Shown here: piece by piece, positions 1-7,171 of the stretch | Position numbering within the stretch: the stretch's first letter is position 1 | How the letters are laid out: each line of letters starts with the position of its first letter | Origin: Eubacteriales bacterium | Lineage (GTDB): Bacteria; Bacillota; Clostridia; Oscillospirales; CAG-272 | Assembly: GCA_045531965.1 (NCBI GenBank) | Contig: JAZSFA010000045.1 | Span: forward strand, 11,714 to 75,713 | Direction: 5' to 3' | Length of the DNA stretch: 64,000 nucleotides | Translations under genes and position numbers: made by a program | The notes under the pieces: model-generated | What the model saw: only the letters and a program-made list of their open reading frames with translations | The model's database searches: none | Told to the model about the DNA's origin: nothing

Positions 1-1716
1 GCTCATGAGGTGAGCGGGGTCTACCCACAGAATATCAGCACCGGGGATGGTCATGCCACCGATGATTTGCAGAAAGTTTCCGCCGTAGATCTCCACTTGG
101 TCATTCATATTTTCCTCAAAGAGCAGATGTCCCGAGGAATTAACGCCGTTGGCTTCGCACCAATCGGTGATCTGATCAATGTAAGCGGATTTGAAAAGGG
201 AAGAAACCAGCGTGTAATACTGTATGCGTACCAGATTGGCATCATCATCATTGCCGTCGAAAATGGCGTGGATCGGCAGATCGTAGCCATATGTTTCTTT
301 AAAGAGAATATCCAGTCCATCTGTCCAAACAGCATAATCCTCGCGGTCACGGTTGCCAAGCGCGGGTTCATCAGTAAAGAAGGCATCGATAACATTAAAA
401 TGATCGCCAAAGGAAGATTTATAATGCTCGTGTGTCAGCTCAATAAAGCGCGCAACAGACTTGGGATTGAGCAGGTCTACGTGGCGAAGCTTTTCAAAGT
501 TGGTACGGTCTTCTTCACCCTCAAAGGTATATTGCAGGACGTAGATATCCAATGTCCATGCCCCTGTGGCTGCGACCGGCTCAATGACATTATCCTTGAG
601 GGTCAAGGCACGCTCCCCATGGCTATCCTTGAGGATGGCCTCCATGACACGAATCTCACGTCCCTCAAGGGTGTAGGAAACCGTCCCGCCATTGCCACTC
701 AGCTCCTTGTGCTGGATGCCGGTTGCCTCGTACTCGTCATGACCGTCCAAAACCTGACCGTATGCCTTACCGCTTGGCCATTGGTATTCGTCATAGATCC
801 ATACGTTCATTTCGCGCTCAACCGCACTCATGTATACTCTCTTAAGAAGATCAAATTCAGCCTCGTCCTTGAGATACTGTTGGTTGAAGTTGACGTTGGA
901 AACAATGCCTCCAAAACCTTGGGCTTGAAACTTGTTCAGCTTAGATTCAAAGGTAGAGGGATGGAAGCCATAGTCTACCCAAAGAATTTTCTCAAGATTG
1001 TCGGGATGGGCAAATGCCTCGCCTCGCCAAAAGGAGGAATAGTCAACGTCGGGCAACAGATCGTCGGGATTAAATTTGGGAGATTCGTAATTAGCAAAGG
1101 TCATGGCATCCTCCAAATTATTGTAAAGCGCATAAGCTTTAATGGTGTAACTTGTATCGATAGGGCAGTCGTTTTCAAACATATCAAAACGGAAGTTTGT
1201 AAATGAACCGGAGAAATCGGGCTTTCCATAGAACATAACCTTGGAGCAGTCTGTCAGATCGCACACCATCAACTGCCAATCCTCAGTCTTTTCATATGTA
1301 ACATTATGGCAAGGATAGTCAGAACCGGTATCTGTGGTGCGAAAACGAATTTGCATTTTTTTGTCATGTCTGTTGGTCTTAAGAAGGATCGCCATATAGT
1401 GAAGATCACCACAGTCGATCTGTTCTTGGGGCAGGGGTACGGAGAAATAGGGGTCTACGCAAAGACCGGGGGTGGTTTCAGCAAATTTTACTTCCATGCC
1501 TTCGTCGGTGCATGAGAGCGCAACGTTGAATATGTCATAACAGCCATAAACGTTGTCGGGATTGGTAAAATCGATTACCACGGGGGCTTCCACGTATTCA
1601 TCGGATTCATCTACCGCTAAAGCAACGGTGGTGAAAAGAACGGTGGTTAATAAAAGACAAACCATACCGATGAGGAGAAGGGGGTGTGAGTAAGAGATTT
1701 TGCGTGAGTGTTTCAT
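1..1716 (-). CDS. Secreted or membrane-anchored glycoside-hydrolase-like protein, C-terminally truncated by the window edge (family not assignable by eye)
   Basis: Absent from the ORF track because it runs off the edge. The reverse frame is open from the ATG (cat at 1714-1716, GAAAGG 9 nt upstream) to position 1, which is 572 codons. The N-terminus MKHSRKISYSHPLLLIGMVCLLLTTVLFTTVALA is a signal peptide or anchor. The body is protein-like (NVWIYDEYQWPSGKAYGQ, FTDEPALGNRD, GHLLFEENMNDQ). The listed + strand ORF 10..1206 is its antisense shadow. Confidence 0.6.
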   Translation of the reverse strand, partial: MKHSRKISYSHPLLLIGMVCLLLTTVLFTTVALAVDESDEYVEAPVVIDFTNPDNVYGCYDIFNVALSCTDEGMEVKFAETTPGLCVDPYFSVPLPQEQIDCGDLHYMAILLKTNRHDKKMQIRFRTTDTGSDYPCHNVTYEKTEDWQLMVCDLTDCSKVMFYGKPDFSGSFTNFRFDMFENDCPIDTSYTIKAYALYNNLEDAMTFANYESPKFNPDDLLPDVDYSSFWRGEAFAHPDNLEKILWVDYGFHPSTFESKLNKFQAQGFGGIVSNVNFNQQYLKDEAEFDLLKRVYMSAVEREMNVWIYDEYQWPSGKAYGQVLDGHDEYEATGIQHKELSGNGGTVSYTLEGREIRVMEAILKDSHGERALTLKDNVIEPVAATGAWTLDIYVLQYTFEGEEDRTNFEKLRHVDLLNPKSVARFIELTHEHYKSSFGDHFNVIDAFFTDEPALGNRDREDYAVWTDGLDILFKETYGYDLPIHAIFDGNDDDANLVRIQYYTLVSSLFKSAYIDQITDWCEANGVNSSGHLLFEENMNDQVEIYGGNFLQIIGGMTIPGADILWVDPAHLMS

Positions 1717-1807
1717 GAGAGAGCGCCTTTCTTTATGGATTTTGTATCGGCAGGGCGTGCGTCATTGGTGTAACGATTAAAAAGTCAATGAATACTTTTT
1801 AGAAGAT

Positions 1808-2593
1808 TTATTTGTTCTGCCTCAGAACTTCAAACCCCAGCACAGCGGCAGATGCGGCAGAAGATAGTGACCCTCTGAAGTTCCCTTTGTCGCTATAACC
1901 AATGCGGACTATCAGATCTGCGAGAGCCAAAACTTTAGATGAAATACCTCGTTTTTCTCCACCGATCACCAAAAGTAAAGGTAGGGAAAGATCCGCTTCG
2001 TACAGATCCACAGAGTCGCGGATGCCTGCACAGGCAACGCGATATCCCTTGTTTTTAAAAATCTGTGCTGCTTCTGCAGGATCTCCAATGAACATGGGCA
2101 TCTTTTCCGAGGTCCCGGCGGAGGAGCGAGCAACAAGCCCCGCCACGCCCATCCAGTTTCTGGGAGGAAGGATAACTCCGTCAGCTCCCGCGGCATACAA
2201 AGAGCGAACGGTATAGCCAAAGTTGTAAGGATCCTCGATTCCATCCAAAAGAACAAAAAATCCTTGGGAAGGAAGGAAATCCACATGGTCGGAGAGGAGG
2301 GGAATTGCTCGGTTTGAACAGACTGCTACAATGCCGCCGTGTGTCTTACCTGAGGTCAGGTTGTCCAGATCCTCTGAGGGAACGGGCTGGATAGTAAAGC
2401 CCAACGCTTCGGATTTATGGCGAAGAAAAGCCAATTCGCGGCTTTTCTTATTCATGCGATCTTTGTCTACAAAAATGGCATGGATTTTCCTGTCGTTAAA
2501 GGATGAAATAGAAGGATCAAGCACTGCCGAAATGGCCGTCATGCCTTCAAATACGTTGGAGGGGAGGGGGACGGATTCATATTGTTCAGACAT
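1808..2593 (-). CDS. SpoU/TrmH-family RNA 2'-O-methyltransferase
   Basis: 261 aa. The SPOUT C-terminal half has LLDGIEDPYNFGYTVRSLYAAGADGVIL, LLLVIGGEKRGIS and GSLSSAASAAVLGFE, preceded by a substrate-binding N-domain. Confidence 0.85.
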   Translation of the reverse strand: MSEQYESVPLPSNVFEGMTAISAVLDPSISSFNDRKIHAIFVDKDRMNKKSRELAFLRHKSEALGFTIQPVPSEDLDNLTSGKTHGGIVAVCSNRAIPLLSDHVDFLPSQGFFVLLDGIEDPYNFGYTVRSLYAAGADGVILPPRNWMGVAGLVARSSAGTSEKMPMFIGDPAEAAQIFKNKGYRVACAGIRDSVDLYEADLSLPLLLVIGGEKRGISSKVLALADLIVRIGYSDKGNFRGSLSSAASAAVLGFEVLRQNK

Positions 2594-2629
2594 AATGATA
2601 TCTCTCTTGTGTTTTCTTTTATTCGATAC

Positions 2630-2659
2630 GGTCTAAATCTCGGGATACTTTCATATGTT
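2630..2659 (+). promoter_or_regulatory. Candidate sigma-E-type sporulation promoter of spoIIID
   Basis: GGTCTAAA-N14-CATATGTT. The same motif at identical spacing lies upstream of spoIIIAA (58593-58622). The -10 resembles the sigma-E CATACA-T/CATATA-T type. The predicted start leaves about 28 nt including the RBS GGGAGA. Confidence 0.45.
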
Positions 2660-2694
2660 GTCATGAAACAAAATCTCATATGGGAGACAGAATC

Positions 2695-2952
2695 ATGGTC
2701 TACATAACGTCAGACAAAGAACGGTGTATCCTGCTCGCTACGTTTCTTGTGGAGCACAAGACAACGGTGAGAGCCACAGCGGCACGTTTTGGTATCAGTA
2801 AAAGTACCGTCCATAAGGACATCACCCGTACGCTCAGACATGTGAACCGTGGGCTTTACGAGGAGGTCAAGGCGGTGCTGGAACAAAATAAGAACGAGCG
2901 ACACCTCAGAGGCGGGGAGGCCACGAGAAGAAAGTACATGGCGCGTGGATGA
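2695..2952 (+). CDS. spoIIID: Stage III sporulation protein D, a mother-cell transcription regulator
   Basis: HTH and C-terminal motifs: TTVRATAARFGISKSTVHKDITRTL and NERHLRGGEATRRKY, as in Bacillus SpoIIID. I prefer the ATG at 2695 (RBS GGGAGA 7 nt upstream) over the track start at 2680, which has no RBS. Confidence 0.9.
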   Translation: MVYITSDKERCILLATFLVEHKTTVRATAARFGISKSTVHKDITRTLRHVNRGLYEEVKAVLEQNKNERHLRGGEATRRKYMARG

Positions 2953-3024
2953 AACTGTCTACTGTCGTTTGCAAATTTGTTCCTTCGCCAAAGCTTCTTT
3001 TGTTCAGGGTTCCTAAAGGGGGAA

Positions 3025-3052
3025 GGGGAAACTTCTTGCAAGAAGTTTCCCC
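3025..3052. terminator. Perfect 28-nt palindrome between convergent genes (probable bidirectional stem-loop, weak U-tracts)
   Basis: GGGGAAACTTCTTGCAAGAAGTTTCCCC sits between the spoIIID stop (2952) and the stop of the reverse-strand lipoprotein gene (3064). It shares the core CTTCTTGCAAGAAG with the palindrome at 24761-24790. Confidence 0.45.
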
Positions 3053-3063
3053 TTGCGTTCTTC

Positions 3064-6000
3064 TCAATCTACTACTCTGAAGGTTCGCCCGTCTTCTCCT
3101 GCATTTGTCATATCTACGCAGAAGGCAACGGAATAGGTGCCATCACCGTCGTTATAGACCATATATCCGTCATAGGGGTGATAGGTGGTGTCGTAAACAA
3201 CCCATGCGCCGTCCACATATTCCTCAATTGTAGGTTTAACATAGTCGGACAAGCCATATACACGGACAACCGCGTTGTTGTTACCGCCTTTGATGGTGAA
3301 TTCAGCTTTGCCGTTGTTATCTATTCGCACCTTGGGGACGAAGGTGTCAAGAATCTTGGTGCCTGCGGTGACGGATAGGGCATAGGGATTCAGCACGGAA
3401 TCCTCTCGAACATTCAGCACATTCGAGTTGTCGGTAGAAAGCTGGCTTCCCCAAGGGAGCAGGATGATCTTTAGTGTGATGTAATCGCCTGCCTTCAGCG
3501 TGACTTTACCTAAATCCAGGGTCAAGTCGCCGAAATTGCGCGTGTCATGATAGAAATCCCGAACCATAAGATTGCCCTTGTAGGTCTCGCCGCCGATGAG
3601 GGCATTAAAGTCTTTTACGATCAGCGCAAAGTTGACGTAATCATTGTTGTTAGGATCGGAGCAGTCATGGTACTCGTAATAGGGAGCTTCGGTGCCCAAC
3701 TTGATGAAGCGATTGCCCTCGGCACCGTACACGCAATCCACGATCCGGTGTTGATTGTTTTCGTCAAGATAACCCAACTTGGAGAAGTGCCACAGACGGC
3801 TATGGAAGCGGAAGAGATAGAAATCCATCTTGAAATCTTCAAAGGAAATATCTTCTTTAATGCGGATATCGATTTCGTAGTAGGTTCTGTTCTCATCAGT
3901 TTGGGGCATTTCCACATGACGGTAGGTGGCTTCAATACGGTCGTCCACTGCCGCGTAGTCCATGGTCACATCAGCGTATATGGGACCGTAAGAGTCAATA
4001 TGGTCTGTGCTGTTTTCCAGTCTGGAGAGCTTGTTATCGGCATCCCTGAATTCCATCACGTTGAGCCCACCAACCGCAGTATGTTGGGGCTGAGAAGCCC
4101 AGAGAGGCGCGGACATGGACCGAAAATCAGGCAGAAGCCAATTGTCTCGTCCGTAAACGAAGGTGGGGGCTATGCAGTTGGTCTCGGTGACACCTGTGGA
4201 CAGATGATAGTATGGGGATGTGAACTGTACCGAGGAGAGTTGCTTTAAGGGGAATTTACCCCAGTTCTGATACAGGTTGACAATGGTAAATTTCTTGGTT
4301 TCTCCTGCTTTCAGCGTAATGGGAACGTAAGTTCGACCATAGGAAACGTCTCCGGGATCGTAGGTGCTTTCTTCGTTCTCTCCCTGAAAATTTTTGCAAA
4401 CCTCAGTAGCCAGCGGCAGAAGAAGACCGTTTTCATCCAGAATGACGGCATTCTCCAACGCACCGGAGCTGGTTTGGGACATAACGTAGATGGTTCTGTC
4501 AAGATCGTCGCAGGTGATCTTTGGATGTACCTTGTAGTGCGTGTCCGGATCATTGTAATATGCGCCCACAAATCCGTTGCCGTTGATGAGATATTTGTAA
4601 GCGCCACGGAGCGCATCATAGTGGAGATAGCCGCTGGCATATGCCTTATCGTGCAGACCCACCTCGGTCAGAGGATTGCGCTCAGCCTCTGCCTCGCGCT
4701 TAAAGACCTCAAAATTGTGATAAGTGTCGGTATAAATTCTTTGACCCATGTAGAAATGCGTTCCCTTAGCATATGTTGCATCAGGATCGGTGGCAACCTG
4801 TTGATCAATGCGGTAGATGCCATCGGTCAGGGTCACCGTGAGTTGACCAGAACCTGCGTCTTTGACAAGAATGATGCCGAAGGTACCTGCGCGCTCAATG
4901 TCAAAACCTACGTACTCGGCGGTGGACCAGTCCACGCCTTCGAGGCTGTCGTGATATCCGTTTGCATCTTTGATCAAAATAGCTTGTACGCGGTATTCGG
5001 GGATATCGAAATACTGACCGTAAGCAGCCAGCCCCGTCACTTCGCCAAGATCGGAGACGATGTGCTGAACGGTGTTCAGCTTATCGGAATACATATAGAA
5101 GGTGCGGTCCAAAGTCATGTTCAGCAGGGGATTGGAACGGCTTCGGGGACCAAAGGTGGCTCCCATGACATGGGCATTGTAGAAGTAATAACCCAACTCA
5201 TAGGTATTGGTACGGGCATCATTGTATGCGTTGCCAACGCTGAACATGGTGCCCTCGCTGTTAAGCAAATAGGTATAGCCTGTGTTCTTGACATAGGGTA
5301 TACCGTCGGTTGTGGTGATGGCGGTGTAGCAATGGTTCTTTGCCTTCATGTTGTAGTAAAGGAGTGCGTTTTGATTGGCAAGCTTCCACTCCAAACGGTT
5401 GTCTGTAAGAAACTCTGTATACACACCGTTTTCCAAGGACTTGGCGTAGGCAAGATTATCAGCCCAAACACCTTCTCCCACATTGATTTTTTGTGTGTCG
5501 GATTTTTTAATTTGTATATCTTCAAAGTCGGCGGGATGGCTATAGCCGCTGTCGGTTGGGGTCAGATTGGCTTTGAACGCGTCCAAAGCGGCCTTCATGC
5601 CATGCTCGGTATTAGCAAGCATAAATACGGTTGTTCCTTTAACTTTCAGAACGTAACCCAGATCTCCTACGGTGGACAAGATGTCAGCATAGGTTCTGCC
5701 TGCTCGGGTATAGCCGATCTCTATCCTATATGGGTGATCCGCTTTGTCATAGTCAACTTGGAAGTCTTCCTCTTGAATATGTTTGGTGCTAAGAAGCGAA
5801 ACCAGCTCTTCTGCAGCTGTTCTTTCCCATTCAGCGGCATAAGATTCGTAAACAATCAGACCTTCATCTGACTTGAACATTAAATTTTGGGGAGCAGGGG
5901 GATTAGTTTCGCCTTCGGTTTCGTCAACCGTATTGTCTGTAGGAATAGTCCCGGAAGCGTCAGACTCAGAAGTAGCCTCGTCTTCTGTTTGTGAGGGAAC

Positions 6001-6105
6001 ATCAACGCCGCCTTGGCAGGCGGTTGAAACTGAGAGAAGTGTCACACAAAGAAAAAGGACAAATAGCGGCAAAAAAATATGGTATTTTAAGCATTTGTTT
6101 TTCAT
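3064..6105 (-). CDS. Large (1013 aa) predicted lipoprotein of unknown function
   Basis: Long ORF with protein-like composition. I prefer the start at MKNKCLKYHIFLPLFVLFLCVTLLSVSTAC (ATG at 6105, GGAGG RBS), which gives a signal peptide and a lipobox-like STAC. An acidic T/E-rich linker follows, then about 900 aa rich in Y/N/G/D beta-type sequence. I recognise no catalytic motif. Confidence 0.75.
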   Translation of the reverse strand: MKNKCLKYHIFLPLFVLFLCVTLLSVSTACQGGVDVPSQTEDEATSESDASGTIPTDNTVDETEGETNPPAPQNLMFKSDEGLIVYESYAAEWERTAAEELVSLLSTKHIQEEDFQVDYDKADHPYRIEIGYTRAGRTYADILSTVGDLGYVLKVKGTTVFMLANTEHGMKAALDAFKANLTPTDSGYSHPADFEDIQIKKSDTQKINVGEGVWADNLAYAKSLENGVYTEFLTDNRLEWKLANQNALLYYNMKAKNHCYTAITTTDGIPYVKNTGYTYLLNSEGTMFSVGNAYNDARTNTYELGYYFYNAHVMGATFGPRSRSNPLLNMTLDRTFYMYSDKLNTVQHIVSDLGEVTGLAAYGQYFDIPEYRVQAILIKDANGYHDSLEGVDWSTAEYVGFDIERAGTFGIILVKDAGSGQLTVTLTDGIYRIDQQVATDPDATYAKGTHFYMGQRIYTDTYHNFEVFKREAEAERNPLTEVGLHDKAYASGYLHYDALRGAYKYLINGNGFVGAYYNDPDTHYKVHPKITCDDLDRTIYVMSQTSSGALENAVILDENGLLLPLATEVCKNFQGENEESTYDPGDVSYGRTYVPITLKAGETKKFTIVNLYQNWGKFPLKQLSSVQFTSPYYHLSTGVTETNCIAPTFVYGRDNWLLPDFRSMSAPLWASQPQHTAVGGLNVMEFRDADNKLSRLENSTDHIDSYGPIYADVTMDYAAVDDRIEATYRHVEMPQTDENRTYYEIDIRIKEDISFEDFKMDFYLFRFHSRLWHFSKLGYLDENNQHRIVDCVYGAEGNRFIKLGTEAPYYEYHDCSDPNNNDYVNFALIVKDFNALIGGETYKGNLMVRDFYHDTRNFGDLTLDLGKVTLKAGDYITLKIILLPWGSQLSTDNSNVLNVREDSVLNPYALSVTAGTKILDTFVPKVRIDNNGKAEFTIKGGNNNAVVRVYGLSDYVKPTIEEYVDGAWVVYDTTYHPYDGYMVYNDGDGTYSVAFCVDMTNAGEDGRTFRVVD

Positions 6106-6142
6106 TGGTACCTCCGTAAGGATAAAACGGGAAAAGATTGAT

Positions 6143-7069
6143 TCATTTAGCCTTGACACCGACACCGGTACGATACCATGTAACCATGATCATCGGATCC
6201 AAAGAAAACTCAACGGTGGCGTCATCTATGACAGTTGAGGCGGGGAGTTCAAGGAAGCAAAGACGGACATACGCTGTACCGTCTTCATAGCGTCCGTTAT
6301 CCTGCCAATGCAAGGTGTGGGTGGAGGTTCGTCCGTCGGAAAAGGTGATACGGGCAGTGCCTGTTTCGGCAGGAGAGACATAGCTGACCTTGGAAAAACT
6401 AACGGTTTGGGTATAACATAATTCGATCCAAAACCGTCTCAGGGATTCGTTTTCAATATAATCGCCCGTAGTACTTCCCATGGCGGTTAAAGTAACTTGA
6501 TATTCTTCTGATTGATAGATGATCTGAGGAGGGATGGCGCGGTCACTTAGGCGAAGCGATATGGTGCGTTCTGTGTCTGTCAACACAGTGGACGAGCTGT
6601 CAAAATTATGAAGCTCTTCCAAATATGCGTTATGAGGATCGATCAAGTAGGGAAGGAAGCCCGTATAATGGGCAACCAAAAAAGCAACGATTAGCACCCA
6701 GAGAAGCAAGACAAGTATGGTGACCGTGTTTTTCTTACGTTTGATTAGGGTATTGGTGGTCTCTTGACTTCTGCGTTTTCTTTGTTTTCGAGGTGAGGTC
6801 GTTTCTATTTTGCTTTTTTGTTTGCCTAACTGCTCATCCACAATTGATTGGCAGAAGCCGGCAATGCCGCCTTGGGGAAAAATCTCGGCGATAGGCATAC
6901 CGCGCTGTTGCGCTTCCAAAAGCAGAGCTTCTGCTTGGATCAATATCGTCCATAAAGCATCTCCCTCAGGAAGACTCTCCATGAGTTGGGCGGAGATGAT
7001 CTCCATCGTACGACGATAGTCACCTGTCAATTCAAGACCTGAGGAAGAGGGGAAACCCTTGGATGCCAT
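6143..7069 (-). CDS. Single-pass membrane protein with a helical N-domain (DUF1048-like by eye) and an extracytoplasmic C-domain
   Basis: I prefer the start MASKGFPSS (ATG at 7069, AAGGAGG upstream). Basic linker KQRKRRSQ, then TM segment VTILVLLLWVLIVAFLVAHY, then a roughly 170-aa beta-rich domain. The stop is 37 nt upstream of the lipoprotein gene, so they are probably one operon. Confidence 0.7.
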   Translation of the reverse strand: MASKGFPSSSGLELTGDYRRTMEIISAQLMESLPEGDALWTILIQAEALLLEAQQRGMPIAEIFPQGGIAGFCQSIVDEQLGKQKSKIETTSPRKQRKRRSQETTNTLIKRKKNTVTILVLLLWVLIVAFLVAHYTGFLPYLIDPHNAYLEELHNFDSSSTVLTDTERTISLRLSDRAIPPQIIYQSEEYQVTLTAMGSTTGDYIENESLRRFWIELCYTQTVSFSKVSYVSPAETGTARITFSDGRTSTHTLHWQDNGRYEDGTAYVRLCFLELPASTVIDDATVEFSLDPMIMVTWYRTGVGVKAK

Positions 7070-7171
7070 AGCACCTCCTTGTCTTCCGCACAAATTGTTG
7101 AACTTGCGGAAATGTTTTTTCAATCGAAAAGTTGAAGGACAAACATGGTTAAATATGCCGCAGGATCTTTT

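Noticed and set aside
10-1206. 398-aa + strand ORF from the track
   Set aside because: It is an antisense shadow of the edge-truncated reverse-strand gene at 1-1716. It is rich in I/V/L/G with no RBS, whereas the opposite frame has a signal peptide, an RBS and enzyme-like motifs.
2676-2683. CATATGGG as the sigma-E -10 element of spoIIID
   Set aside because: Transcription would start about 5 nt before the ATG and exclude the RBS. The upstream CATATGTT (2652-2659), paired with GGTCTAAA, fits better and is mirrored at spoIIIA.
4474-5871. 465-aa + strand ORF
   Set aside because: It lies entirely inside the 1013-aa reverse-strand lipoprotein gene. Its composition is implausible and it has no RBS, so it is an antisense shadow.
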